Source of the DNA: Kudoa neothunni
Lineage: Eukaryota; Animalia; Cnidaria
Assembly: GCA_964304625.1 (NCBI GenBank)
Contig: OZ199838.1
Coordinates: 12,529,843 to 12,593,842 of the forward strand
DNA: 64,000 nucleotides
Direction: 5' to 3'
This document shows positions 27,072 through 40,195 of the stretch, piece by piece. The notes beneath the pieces were generated by a model that worked only from the letters and a program-made list of their open reading frames with translations, was not told the DNA's origin and did not search any database. Each line of letters opens with the position of its first letter. The stretch's first letter is position 1. Made by a program: the position numbers and the translations under genes.

Positions 27072-28288
27072 TGAAAATTTCTTTTTATCAAATATATCGA
27101 TTGAAATTAGAACTATATTCGTCTTTTCGATAAGTTTCTATATTTGATGAGATAATTTTTTAATAATGTTTAAGTTCTTAGTAACCTAATTATTCCTTGC
27201 CCCCAGACCTTAAGGTTAATATTCGAATCAATGTATAATTTTCTTTTCGCCAAAGCTAATTCATTATGATATAACAGCTGAATGAAAATATGTGATACCC
27301 CATTCTATTCTATACGTAGTTTAAGAACTTATATTCATGATTACTCTTTCACAAAATACAATCCCCTCTCAATCTCAATACGTGTCATGTAAGTTAATAA
27401 CAATTTATTGGTCTTTTCGATCTGACCGATATTTACACGAAGTTTTCGTTAATCGAAGAATAGTTCAATACATGGAAATTTTTTGGAGGAAATCAAACAG
27501 TACGTTTGTTTTTAAAAAGGATGTACTCCTTCGAGAAAACCATTTGATATTTAAGTATTACTGTAATTTTTCAACCCCAAAACAGCTTTACATTTTAGAT
27601 TTAATCTTATTTTGTTAATTAAATTTGTATATTTTTGAACCAGTAAGTATTTTTGTTAAAAAGAAAGATTTCATTTACTTAATAATCGGGAAATTATGTT
27701 AAAATAGTGAATACGTAAGTTACCACTCGCAGCCTATTAAAACCTCATTAATCCCTTTTATAAAATAGCAAAAAAAGATTAACAATTAATATTTTTGTTT
27801 CTGACGCATCTTTTGTCTATTTTATTTTGTTTATCGCTTGTAGACTAATAATAAAATTTATAACTAGGAGGATTAATAGTTATCGCAAAATTTTGAAAAG
27901 AATTGAAGGTCCTATTCAAGTAGCTTAACAATTTTTTTAATAAATAAATGAACTTTGATCGTTAATTAAATTGTTCATAAAATTAAGGTCATTGTATTTT
28001 TGGTAAATAATTTGTGGGATAAACTTAAAAATACTCATTAATTTCACTCAATACCTCTATTTATATTTGAATGGAAAGAGCATGCCAAATTTGGTGTATC
28101 TAAATCATCACATTGCAAAAATAATGACAAGCTTTAAAATGCAACAATTAAAATAGAAAAATAAAATTTACAAGATTTAGAGTGCTAATTAGATTAATTC
28201 TTTCGTAAAATTTCTCCATTCAAAAATAAAACTAAAAGTTAAAATTTTCCATCACACAGTACCAGGAAAAGCTGGGCATTAGCGCTAG
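27072..28288 (+). mobile_element. 5'-truncated copy of a non-autonomous Helitron
   Basis: Near-identical to 37164-38445. Ends in hairpin CCAGGAAAAGCTGG followed by CTAG|T. Confidence 0.8.
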
Positions 28289-29449
28289 TTTGAAATAAAG
28301 TTAAAAACCCTCGAAGTTTTTCTTTACTTGTGGTAACGATGGGATTTCATTACATTGAAAAAAACGTGTAAAAAAGAAACATCTATTTTTGAAGATATAT
28401 TCTTTTCTACAGGTAGAATAAACACTAACAAGATCCTGCAGTTCGCTTACGATTGATTATTAGGGATTAAATCATTTTAAATGATGTTAAACACTGGCCA
28501 TTCAAGTGCTTTTGTATCGAACTTACAGCAAGTATTTGATGCAGTTAGTTTCAGATGGTGTAGACTTAGAATATCTGATTACTAATATTCTAATAAACTG
28601 AGAAAAAAAGTTCCTTATTAAAGTTTCTGTTCAAACAGTCTAGACATAAATATCTATTATAAAAACTTATATTCGAGAAGGTACTACATTAATTATTGAT
28701 TGCCTTTCAAGTTATAATCAACTTTACCTATTCTATGATCATTTAACAATCAATCAAAGTATCGAATTTGTTGATTCTGTAACAGGAATACACACCAATA
28801 CTATTTGGGGGATCTGTAATTCTATCAAATAAGGATCTCTCCTAAAAACAGGACTATCTGTGCATGAGGATGGCATAGTTGAAGATGATGGGGTCACCGA
28901 TTATTTTTTTGAATTTCAATGATGGCACAAAAATGAACTTGATTTGTGGAATAAGTTGTTTGAAGGTGTGCAAACCGTTGTTTATAACAAAATTATAAAC
29001 AAATGGTTTTCGGAGGTTTAAAGCGCCACTAACTATTGCTAATTCTTGCAAATGAGGAGAGCATCTAAATCTAATCCGGATCATATTTTGAATAATGTTA
29101 ATTATTTTCCGTCTTTTGAACTTTATGCAAAAAAATTTTGCTCTAACATTTATCTATTTTGTTTACTTCGGCAATTTAATTTAAAATGATTTTACATCGT
29201 TTTTACATTAATTTTAATACCACCCACACTAAAATTAAGCTACAGTTATTCAATATCAACTTGCAACTTTGAACAAAAAAATTTTTTTCATTAATTTCAA
29301 ATAATATCAGAACTTAGACGCCTAGTAAAATATACTTCAGAATGGTTAAAGTAATCTGAGCGTTGTTCGGTCGATATTTCATTGGTTGTATCCATAATGG
29401 CAGTAGGCTACTCATTTCTATTTTGTGCAACTTTGTTTCCAACAATAAA

Positions 29450-30060
29450 TTTTATTTAAATATAAAATCCCACAATTTGGTTAAAAATTGGGAGTATGAT
29501 GGCGAAAATACACCCTGTCTGGGTTATTTATTTTATTAACAATAACATCAGTCCTATGGAACTTTACGTCGTCCATGATAATCAAAACATTTGGAACTCC
29601 ATTAGCACTGAAACCTTAGAAAACCTGAATGATATTTTTAAACAACATTTTGATTCGGTGACTCCTGAAGATTTTAAAGCACACACGTTATTACAACTGA
29701 TAACAGCGATAAGTGTAATATTTTTTGATCTTATAGAGTGAACTACATTATTTTCTGGGGCAAATAGTGATAATCCAGATTCGTCCATAAAAACTATTTG
29801 AGGTAGTTTCTATGTATTTAAATTCAAATATTCGAGCACATAATTAAAATTTTTGAATATAAATATATAGTAGTTAAAACACTTTTCATTTAGAAATATT
29901 TGTAAGAGAATTTCTCACTTCGGGTGAAAGTAAGATCTGGTTGAATTTAAGAAAGATTTGATATTTCACCTTGGTGCACGTAATAGTTGCAAGTTGATCT
30001 TGAAATACTGATGTCTGTTTGATCTGTTACTCAAAAAGATTGTCAACGCCTGGCTTCTAA
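29450..30060 (-). mobile_element. Tc1/IS630-type DDE transposase relic
   Basis: QIVFMDESG..RSKNITLIAVIS motif (first catalytic Asp region). Heavily decayed; ends approximate. Confidence 0.65.
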
Positions 30061-30259
30061 TATCCTCGAACAAAGGTGCTAGTAAATGCCTCAATACAAA
30101 ACTTTTCTTTAAAATAACCCAGAAGACTTAATTGAAACATTTTATCAACAAACAAATTCCAAATTAAAAGGCATTTGAAATCAATACCATCAAATAATCA
30201 CACGGAGCATGGTATGAAAAATTGTGGAACTTATACTATATAACCCGATATTCAACTCC

Positions 30260-30573
30260 GCCTGGTTGCGGGGTATGATGCTTACCTGTTATCCGTTGGC
30301 AGAACGGACGTAGGGAGTTCTGGATCGTCCGTGTTCGAGTCCCGTTGTGGCCGGTCGTGTTGATCGAGTGTCCGTTTCGATGCTCCTGTCGAGCGTACGT
30401 TATCGGCGTAGGTTGATGAGGTTTGCTCGCTACGGTGGGTGTTTGGCCCAGGACGGAAACGTAGCAAGTTCGGCACCCCGCAGAAGCAGGCGAGCGGATT
30501 GCATTCGTGAGTGTTCGGCTGCAGTGTGGCTCGAGTTAAACCATTGGCAGAGACTAGCTTCCGTCTCTTTTTC
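30260..30573 (+). ncRNA. RN7SL: Signal recognition particle RNA (7SL), Pol III gene
   Basis: GC-rich ~310-nt island. 5' GCC..CCTGT Alu-domain motif, conserved GATCGAGTGTCCG, helix 6 with GUAG tetraloop, helix 8 CCCAGGACGGAAACGTAGCAAG (compare CCCAGGTCGGAAACGGAGCAGG), 3' GAGAC..GTCTC followed by a T6 terminator. TATA-like sequence at ~30232-30243. Confidence 0.93.
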
Positions 30574-30736
30574 AATTTCTTGAAATTCTTATTATATATA
30601 GAAAGATGGGATGGCATCAATGTTTTTCCCTTGCCTAGCTGTCATGAAGGACAGCCGATATACTGTCTAGGATGAGTTTACATGTGCGCAATTGTTTTTA
30701 TCCCCAACACGATGCGCAGACATTCCACAATTTGTT

Positions 30737-31000
30737 ATGGCATTTTTTGGAAACCTAATATCCAAAATTCAAACCACCAGGAAAAGCTTAGCATACGTGA
30801 AATTTAAAACTGTTTCAATTTTCAGCTTGGCTGTTATTTCACTAGTACTTTCAGTTGGCTACGTGGCATACAGCGAAACATATGCATCAAGAAGACGTCG
30901 ACGAACTGTGATCGAGGATATTAGACAGGAAAGATATTTAAAAAAAATTGGCGGAAGAATCAAAAAAATCGGCATAGAAATTTTATTCTATATACAATGA
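30737..31000 (+). CDS. PET117: PET117-like cytochrome c oxidase assembly factor
   Basis: 87 aa with one TM segment, then VGYVAYSETYASRRRRRTVIEDIRQE, resembling the PET117 pattern V.YVH..Q...R.....GV..D.ER. GCGCA motifs lie just upstream. Confidence 0.55.
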   Translation: MAFFGNLISKIQTTRKSLAYVKFKTVSIFSLAVISLVLSVGYVAYSETYASRRRRRTVIEDIRQERYLKKIGGRIKKIGIEILFYIQ

Positions 31001-31190
31001 TTTTGTACAATTTTATAGTTGAATTGTAAATTATTGTTGGAATTTATCCCGAATTAGTTATTAAATTTATTTTTTTGTATTAAAACTTAATTGATAATTA
31101 TTTATGGCAATAAGCTTTTGTAAACATTCTGTAGGATAAGGTTTGGGGGACGGTGTATCGCGCACGCAGACGTGTAACTTAGGGTGTTGG

Positions 31191-31861
31191 ATGACGACGC
31201 CTAGACGAGGTTGGCATTTACGCTTGTGCACTTTTTAAGTCGTTAATTAGAAAGCCGACGTAGAAAATATAGGAGTCGATCTAGGTCATATTCGAGATCA
31301 TCGTCACCAAAGAGACGTCATCACAGTAGCGTGATTGTTATTCAACCTCAATGTTATAATACATTGGTAGGACGCAGAAGTTCTAGTTCATCTGAGGACC
31401 AGGTAAAACGTCGTAAGGAAAAAAGCCGAAATAAAGATGAGAGGTATTGAAGTTAAATGTGGAGTCGAGCTAATGATTCGAACTTTTTAAGACATCACAA
31501 TCGCCATGATGACCGTAACTCTCACAGAAATCGCTCACGAAGTCCTCATGAAACTAAGATAAAAAAAGAAAAAATATCTTCATCAACCAATGTATCGATT
31601 GAACATACAGATCACACTGTAGAAAACGAGTTTTCCGATGAGGCTCAAATGATGAAAGTGATGGGATTTTGTGGGTTTTCGTCGACAAAGGTAATTCAGT
31701 TATATTGTTAATTTAATATCAAAAAATTATTATGTGTTGTGTAGAATAAAAAAGTTGAAAATAACGAGGTTGGAACAACGTTGGTGAGAAAACCGAGAAA
31801 ATACCGCCAATACATGAATCGACCTGGGGGATTCAACAAAAATTTGGATAAAACTGATTAA
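31191..31861 (+). CDS. SNRNP27: U4/U6.U5 tri-snRNP 27 kDa protein, multi-exon
   Basis: RS-rich N-terminal exons, then EAQMMKVMGFCGFSSTK|NKKVENN..RKYRQYMNRPGGFNKNLD. Confidence 0.95.
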
Positions 31862-32404
31862 TCTATATAATTTAATTTTATGTATAAATTTGTTTGATAA
31901 AACATGAATTTTATAAATGATTTACTCTTTTGTGTCATTAGCTAGATAACTAGATTGCGGGGATAATTTTCTAACTCGTTTTTACCTTCCTTATGTCTTA
32001 GGTTGAATATACTCCTAGTGCTTATTAAGATCTCCTAAATCAGTGGTTACAAACTTAAATTCGATCGAATTCTAAGAGTTCGACGAGCTAGCGCCAGGGG
32101 CTCAGAGGATTCGAAGGACGCATATATTTTTTATTGAATGTTCTGCGTAGGAATTAAGATGACTCGGTTAATTCTAAATCAGTGTTTGGTTTTATAAAGA
32201 ATTTTTTCAAACATCAACATCAATTTTTTTGCAGGAAAAAAATATGTAAAAATGTGATAGATTTAAATCTTATTTTAGTTGTACTTTGTTAAAATATACT
32301 CTTTAAAACAAAGTTTTGAATTAGTTTACGGTTGAATTAAATGTTGTATTAGCTTTATTGTTTTAATTACTTTTATTATTTAAAATTGTTTGGTACTGCA
32401 TTAA

Positions 32405-33322
32405 CCCTCCAAGTAAAAATGGGATAGAAATCTATTCCAGATTTTGTTTATTAAAACTATTTGATATAAATAGCTATCTAATTTTTAACAATATTAGTCA
32501 ATTCTATCGATTAGATTTTGAGTAAATCAGGAAACAATATTATTAAGACCCATGTGCGCATGCTCTCCTCTCGTTTTGTGTGGAATGAGCCCGTGCGAAT
32601 ACAGTGAAAGTTACTCAGATTCCACTCATCCGACACATATTACGGCCTATTAACAAATAATCTTCAGATAAATGTGATTTTGATATAAATGTTCCAGTCG
32701 ATTGTTTTATTGAAAAGAATGGAACATTATGGAAGACTGAGAATCCACTATTTACTGAAACACCAACCAAAAATATCTTTTATAATCGTTTCAGTGCTGC
32801 CTACTTCATAAAACCGAATATTAGCTCGATGGTAGATACATTTCGGACATTCTTCAATCAACAAATATACGGAATAAAAACTGTCCATAAATGTGACGTT
32901 TGCTTAGCATTTTGTTTAAAAAACATTTTTGCATGCTTGTTGGGCACTTTTCAAGAAATTACACCGTTTTCTTGTTACTGTTGTTACTTTGTTGTATAAA
33001 TATTACATTTATAAGTGTTGCAATAAACCTTTAAAAATTCTTTTATATTAATAAGACATTTTTAAGTAAAAAGAGAGAGATTTACTGTTGATGAGACAAG
33101 AGCGTACAGCGAAAAACGCCAGGTATTTAAGAAGGTGCGCGTGCGTGACAATGACTTTAATAATGTTTCTTGATTTGCTCAAAATCTAATCAATAGAATT
33201 TATTAAAACTAGTCGAGACTATATAACTTTGTATTTTAAACCGTTTTAGTCAACGAAAATCTGGGGTAGATTTCTACATCATTTTTACATGGAAGGTGCA
33301 AATTTTCGTGTGACTCAGAGGG
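32405..33322 (+). mobile_element. Internally deleted piggyBac element
   Basis: TTAA|CCCTC...GAGGG|TTAA termini with subterminal inverted repeats (GGATAGAAATCTATTCCAGATTTT / AAAATCTGGGGTAGATTTCTAC). Remnants of the transposase N-terminus (KNGTLWK..FRTFF) are joined to a C-terminal Cys motif (KCDVCLAFC). It follows a hAT-type terminus CAGTGGTTACAAAC at 32041. Confidence 0.75.
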
Positions 33323-33589
33323 TTAAAATAGGGTTTCTATGCGTATCATGCTCGTAAAAATCCTAATTATAAATGTTCGCCCTAGGGTAAATATTGGTTG
33401 TTTTTAGGATAGAAATCACGCTAAAACGCATATATTCCATATTCTTAGAAGTAAGTTAATTATATTAACGTTTAATGGAAAATTTGAGAAATTTTAATTT
33501 GTTATAAATTAACTGAAATCTTACGATGAGTGGTAGCTACGGTTGGTCGTGTTTCAAAGAAACAGACGATGATAGATGACAAAATGCGA

Positions 33590-35400
33590 TTTATCGATTT
33601 ATGCGGGGTTAAAAGGATTTTCAATGATATAACAGGTAAACGTACAAATGGTGGCATAAACAGACAACTCCTAACAGCCCATAATATAACAAAGAGAAAT
33701 TTTACTGAATTTTGTAATTTTATTCTCAAGCTATAGTTTTACCTTCTTACAATAAAAAAAATACATTGGATTCATATATAAATAAAAGATACAATAGAAA
33801 CAACACACTCGCTACTTTAATTGCTATCGATGGATTTACAATGAATCAAATTTGTGAGAGTACGTTTGTGAAGAAGGCATCTGAAAAATTCCGGTGGGAG
33901 ATGCCAAAAAACCCCTCAACAATGTCCAAAGTTCATTTAAATGCTGCCATGGAAACACGTTTTACTGAACTAACAACCACGTTACTACAATAATAATGTT
34001 AATTATATAGCTAGGCTGCGCTAGCGGGGGACATAATGAAGATTTCATTTTCCTAATATTATACTCCGAACGTAGAGCGGTAACTTGTTATAGATAATCC
34101 AAAATTATTAAATCAGAGGCTGGCGGGAAGAAAAGGCAAATATTAAAACTTATTCAGTAGGATTTTGAAGAAGGAAGGTGGTTTACAGGAATTATTGATG
34201 AATGGACTTCTGGGGCCCAAAAAAGATTTATGGCCTTAATTTTGGCAACGGACAATAAAACATACAATCTTGGAATGACACGCATCATCGGCAACGTTGA
34301 TGCATTAGACTTAAAACAATCTTTAAAAAAAAAATTCTTCGAATTCACTGTAAAGGGAGATTCGTTAGTCGCCGTTGTTTCAAATGGTGCTGCAGTTATA
34401 GGAGTTCTTCAGAAAAGTCTTCCTTGCATAACGCAATTTTTTCTCTCACATGGGGTTCATTTGGCGATCAAAGGAGTTATTGGGAATAATAATGACTCGG
34501 TTGATCAAGATTCTACTGATGATTCATTAGATGTTGATATGCTGGAAAACATTATTGATGGTAATGCTTTTTATATAGGATTTTTTACGTCTACAATAAG
34601 GAGATTATTCGGAAGCTGTTCTCAAAATGAAGAAACTTGTAAAAATATTTAAAAATTCACAATTTTACAAGAGAATTTGAATAATTGTAGACTGAATGAA
34701 AATAAAAGAACCCTGTGTTTAATCGCACATGTGGAAACCAGATGGAACAGCCTCTACGATGCGATGGAAAGATTCTTGGAATTATATCGGCAAATAACAA
34801 AAGTTTTGCTAGAAGAAAATACGGAAAGAAATTTTGTAAGTTTTTTAATACTGTAACAATCATTTTCATATTTTAAAAAGTTAAAACTAATAGATTATCC
34901 GTCTGCATCAGGTATAATTCTTCAAGAATCTAGAAGATATAAAAATATCGTTGGTGACGACAGTTCTTTTAATAAAATCATTATCCAAAGAAGTTGTGAA
35001 TTATAAAGATTCAGACACAATTTTTGAATTTGTCTTAAACAAACTCTACCGAAACACAGACTCACATATATGGCAACAGTTATTTTAGCGACTGGTGTTT
35101 GCCATTTGAACAATAGCTGTAAATACGGTGATGAAATTCGACTGCCTTACTGCAATAAAAAAGTATGTCATAGTTTCATAGAGCTGCAACATGCGAGATT
35201 ATTCGAATTACCAAACATTGTTGAGCTTGAGGGAATTCTAAATGATGACCTCATGCTAATAAAAAATATACTTGAAAGTATGCAGCCTTCGAGCGTTTTA
35301 TCCTAGAGAGCATTTTCAATGGCTGACAATTTTTTAAGAAAGAAACGCAGTAAAATTGGCGACGAACTACTAGGTGCACTTATGATACTATCTAACGATT
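33590..35400 (+). mobile_element. Decayed hAT (Ac/hobo-type, BED finger) transposase
   Basis: LIAIDGFTMNQI, IIDEWTS, NLGMTRIIG, VVSNGAAVI, SHGVHLAI, ETRWNSLYDAMERFL and PSSVLS*RAFS..KKRSKI. Many stops; termini unresolved. Confidence 0.85.
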
Positions 35401-36528
35401 TTTAACATATAAGATCAAGAAAAAAATACAGGAATCTGAACATTTTAATTGTTTATGTTTGGTTCATTTCTAATTCTACGTTATTCTAGTTTTACTTCCA
35501 ATTTTTTCCCCTTTAAAAAAGTGATAGACAGGCGTTTTTTAATAGAAAGCAAGAAAATTAGAATTAGGCTAAGAAACGACCCGCTATCTATAGAAAGTCG
35601 ACGTTCTTCGAAGGAACGATACAAATACAACGCTTTGTTCACCTTTTAATGTATTATACACTTAAATTCATTTGAATTATATTTAATAAAATTACGAATT
35701 AATTATCTTTTTGGTATTGACAAGACATCGAAATAAGGTTTTTATAGTTCTTTAGTGTTCTAAACCCCAGTTTTACAACGGTTGCCTTAATCGATTCATG
35801 TTATTGATGTAAAGGATATCACATTGGGCTTTTTCGAAACTCTAGTTAAAAACGATTGTCAATATCTTAAGATAAAATTTTATCGAACACATTATAAACA
35901 CTCTCACGATTTAAATTTAAATTATTTCTATTTTCATAAATTAACAGAATGGTTTCAAGTTTCGAGTTGCCCAATTGTATTCTCCATGAGAAAATAACAC
36001 GGTTGCGTAGGGAGGAACATCGTTCTTAGTCAATACTCTTAGGCCTTACATTAGAAGGAGTTTTACGATCACTTTGCAAACGATCTGACATCATATCGTA
36101 ATTAATAAAATTGGTAGTAATAATAATAATAGAGTCCGAACAATATTTTTAGATTTTTGTATTGAGTACGTAGTTTATCAAATCGTCTAAATTCATGTCA
36201 GATTCAGGGGGTTTATCTTATTGGCTTCAATCGCTCTGTTAAATGAAACTAATTGCTTCTTATAGTTCAAATTTGACGGTCTTTTGTAGAAAAAGTTTTT
36301 TTATAAATGTTTTAATCGAAGATTAAAAACATAAATGTATGGGACCAAATGATACTTTGCCCAGAGCAGTGTTCGATACGTTTCATTTCTAAATTTTTTG
36401 AAATGATTCTGTCAATACGCGATAGATCCTCAATTACATTAGTGAGTATGAAGTCACATTTGTTACAATTTGCTTTTTCGTTATCACACCTAAAAAATAT
36501 CTCCGAACAGCTGATCCCATTGCTGTAA

Positions 36529-38445
36529 TCTATCTATATATATAAAGTTCTTGTCTGTCAATGTAAGTTTGCAGCAGTATGCATGTGCCGTAGATAAACT
36601 TTTTTAAGTACAGATTTTGGTTTGCATTTTAAAAGATGATACCATGAATAAAAATCGTTCATTTACTTAGAATTATAAATGTAATCAATATCGTTACCAG
36701 AAGTAAGGAATTTTCTGGTTGTCTACGTCAATTAACAGATTAAAAAACACTTGCATAATGTTGATGTTTGTTTACTTCAGAGTGATAATCAATTAGAGTG
36801 AGCTTGTACTCACTGCATACAAAGAGAATCTGTTAATTATGGTATGGACGGTTTTAATAATGTTATATATGTCGTTTGGAGTAATTTAAGACAAATAAAC
36901 TATTAACGTCAAACTTACAGGAGTTGTTGTATTTTTCTTAAAATTTGAAGAATTACCAAATTATTTAAGAAACAGCTTCATTATTCAAGTACCAAAGATA
37001 CATTATAGACAAAAAGACTTAAGATCATTTTAAATAATGCACATAATTCGAGATTAAAGTTGTTGCCAGGTTGGAATAATTTGGGTCCCTATACGCATTC
37101 TAAAAACGATGTAAGATGTGTGTAGAATTTTCAAACGTTTAAATTTTGTGATAACTTCTTAAATGAAAATTTCTTTTTATCAAATATATCGATTGAGATT
37201 GAAACTATATTCGTCTTTCAATAAGTATTTACTCATTTTTTGGTTTTCTTAAACTTTCTTACAAAACAGTTGGCATAACTAATTCGATAAGTTTCTATAT
37301 TTGATGAGATAATTTTTTAATAATGTTTAAGTTCTTAGTAGCCTAATTATTCCTTGCCCCCAGACCTTAAGGTTAATATTCGAATCAATGTATAATTTTC
37401 TTTTCGCCAAAGCTAATTCATTATGATATAACAGCTGAATGAAAATATGTGATACCCCATTCTATTCTATACGTAGTTTAAGAACTTATATTCATGATTA
37501 CTCTTTCACAAAATACAATCCCCTCTCAATCTCAATACGTGTCATATAAGTTAATAAAAATTTATTGGTCTTTTCGATCTGACCGATATTTACACGAAGT
37601 TTTCGTTAATCGAAGAATAGTTCAATACATGGAAATTTTTTGGAGGAAATCAAACAGTACGTTTGTTTTTAAAAAGGATGTACTCCTTCGAGAAAACCAT
37701 TTGATATTTAAGTATTACTGTAATTTTTCAACCCCAAAACAGCTTTACATTTTAGATTTAATCTTATTTTGTTAATTAAATTTGTATATTTTTGAACCAG
37801 TAAGTATTTTTGTTAAAAAGAAAGATTTCATTTACTTAATAATCGGGAAATTATGTTAAAATAGTGAATACGTAAGTTACCACTCGCAGCCTATTAAAAC
37901 CTCATTAATCCCTTTTATAAAATAGCAAAAAAAGATTAACAATTAATATTTTTGTTTCTGACGCATCTTTTGTCTATTTTATTTTGTTTATCGCTTGTAG
38001 ACTAATAATAAAATTTATAACTAGGAGGATTAATAGTTATCGCAAAATTTTGAAAAGAATTGAAGGTCCTATTCAAGTAGCTTAACAATTTTTTTAATAA
38101 ATAAATGAACTTTGATCGTTAATTAAATTGTTCATAAAATTAAGGTCATTGTATTTTTGGTAAATAATTTGTGGGATAAACTTAAAAATACTCATTAATT
38201 TCACTCAATACCTCTATTTATATTTGAATGGAAAGAGCATGCCAAATTTGGTGTATCTAAATCATCACATTGCAAAAATAATGACAAGCTTTAAAATGCA
38301 ACAATTAAAATAGAAAAATAAAATTTACAAGATTTAGAGTGCTAATTAGATTAATTCTTTCGTAAAATTTCTCCATTCAAAAATAAAACTAAAAGTTAAA
38401 ATTTTCCATCACACAGTACCAGGAAAAGCTGGGCATTAGCGCTAG
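36529..38445 (+). mobile_element. Full-length non-autonomous Helitron (~1.9 kb)
   Basis: 5' A|TCTATCTATATATATAAAG, 3' hairpin CCAGGAAAAGCTGG then CTAG|T. Inserted between A and T with no TSD. The 3' 1.2 kb is duplicated at 27072-28288. Confidence 0.82.
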
Positions 38446-39596
38446 TACTGACTAAAAATCTTGGTTACTATCAAAATACTTGTCACTCTCAAAAAATTTG
38501 TTTGCTCCTTTACTATTTTAAGAACGCATTTTTTTAAATACTGAATCGTTGAATAATATTAGCTAATTTATGTTAATTGAGAAATAGATTTTTAAAGTCG
38601 GTTTTTGTTTTAGATACTTGGTTTCATCGAAAACCGAACCAATCTTTTCTTCTAATTCTTCGTGACGTATTTGACAAACTTAAGAATACTGAAAAAAGTT
38701 GCGATACTTAATTATTAATTTTATTTTTTGATGAATAAGGGTTATACGCATCAAATATTCGATGGACTCAGAAAGTGCATAACATCGGTTCGTCTACGTT
38801 AGTAAAATATATAAGTTAAAATTTGATTTCTCTATTGAATAATTAATTTGTATAAAGTAGAAATGACAATTTTTGCAAGAAATATAAATTAAAGTTTTAT
38901 TAAAATTATGTTACCTGTTTTTAAGTCAAATTTAAATACAGAAAACAACCTTAACCCTTTTTGAACCTCCATTTGGGGTTTAAGACAAGAAATTCATTTT
39001 TTATGACGCTACTATAAAAAACAATAATTTTTAAATTTAAACGGTATTGTGTAGTTGTTTTATCGTCAGATAGACCCCCAAGCCCATGGTGGTCTATTAA
39101 ATGTTACTGATTTTTCTTATGATAAATTTCTACAAATGATTTATAAAGGTTAACTATCTATCATTTTTATGTTTCATATAGGAATTAATTCTTTATCAAA
39201 ATTTGGATATCCCATATAACTAACTGATATTATAGACTTATTTATGATATTTCCGCTATAAAATTTTATTCTTTTGTAAAATAAATATTGCAATAATTAA
39301 CGCTAATAATAGAATTAGAGATTTTTTAGCTTTAAAATTAATAAGTTTTTTCTGTGGAAGGTACGTCAAATTTTTACAATTTACGCAAATATAATATCAA
39401 TTCTTTCTATGTACATTGTGGATTTATGATTTTAAAAAATTACAGAAAAGTTATTATCATTACAACGAGAGATTCGATGAAGGTTTCATAATGCCTCTAA
39501 AAGTTTGATGAGGGCGAAAACGATGGGAATCACTGATATAGATTAATTTTATTGCGCACGTGCAAGCCATCACCAAATAATTGACGGCGGTGCCAT

Positions 39597-40077
39597 ATGT
39601 CGGTACGGAGTGTTCTGTAACATAAAATTTTATTCACATTTTGTAGAGTTCTATTATTGCTGCTGCTATATTGGCTGCAACTGGTGTATATGTTTTGAGT
39701 AGTGAAGATATTTGTTTGCGTGGTGTTATATTTATTTAGTAAGGAGTAAAAATCCGGTTCAAGCGACCAAATATTTTAAACAAGCCAAACAGTCGGTGGT
39801 AATAATTAATACACTATTCACCCTGTGCCAGACAACATCAACAATAGTTACAATCACTATATAGGGCTACATTGGTAGTGGATTTGAGCCAACAATGACC
39901 ACAGATGAAGCACTCAAAATTCTCAATCTCAGTAGAGCTACCCTTACCAAATCCAAGTTAACGGCAAACCATGGTAAAATGATTCTATCCAATCACCCCG
40001 ATAAAGGGGGGTCACCATACATTGCATCGAAAATGAATGAGGCCAAATCAATTCTTAACAAAGGGCTGAAACGTTAG
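39597..40077 (+). CDS. DNAJC19: Mitochondrial import motor J-protein Pam18/Tim14, 4 exons
   Basis: MS|SSIIAAAILAATGVYVL|..|GYIGSGFEPTMTTDEALKILNL..ILSNHPDKGGSPYIASKMNEAK. Confidence 0.95.
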
Positions 40078-40148
40078 TTTTCAGTTAAACTTTTGTAGGC
40101 TGTCTATTTTATCGAGAAAAAGTCTTGTTATATTGAGAAAATAATTAT

Positions 40149-40164
40149 TGCGTGCGCATGCGCA
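40149..40164. promoter_or_regulatory. Perfect NRF1-type palindrome within TGCGTGCGCATGCGCA between two convergent genes
   Basis: Contains TGCGCATGCGCA exactly. Function not shown. Confidence 0.4.
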
Positions 40165-40195
40165 AAACATCCAACACATTTTCTAATTTTATCAA

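Noticed and set aside
28680-29100. 76-aa minus ORF and flanking decayed coding-like sequence
   Set aside because: Probably a TE remnant, but no diagnostic motif allows a family assignment.
30282-30620. GC-rich ORFs of 112 aa (-) and 78 aa (+)
   Set aside because: They overlie the SRP RNA gene; the open frames are a by-product of high GC content.
27337-37775. Duplicated 93-aa ORF (27337-27618 and 37494-37775) as a gene pair
   Set aside because: Both lie inside the duplicated Helitron and show no protein-like motif; identity reflects recent duplication.
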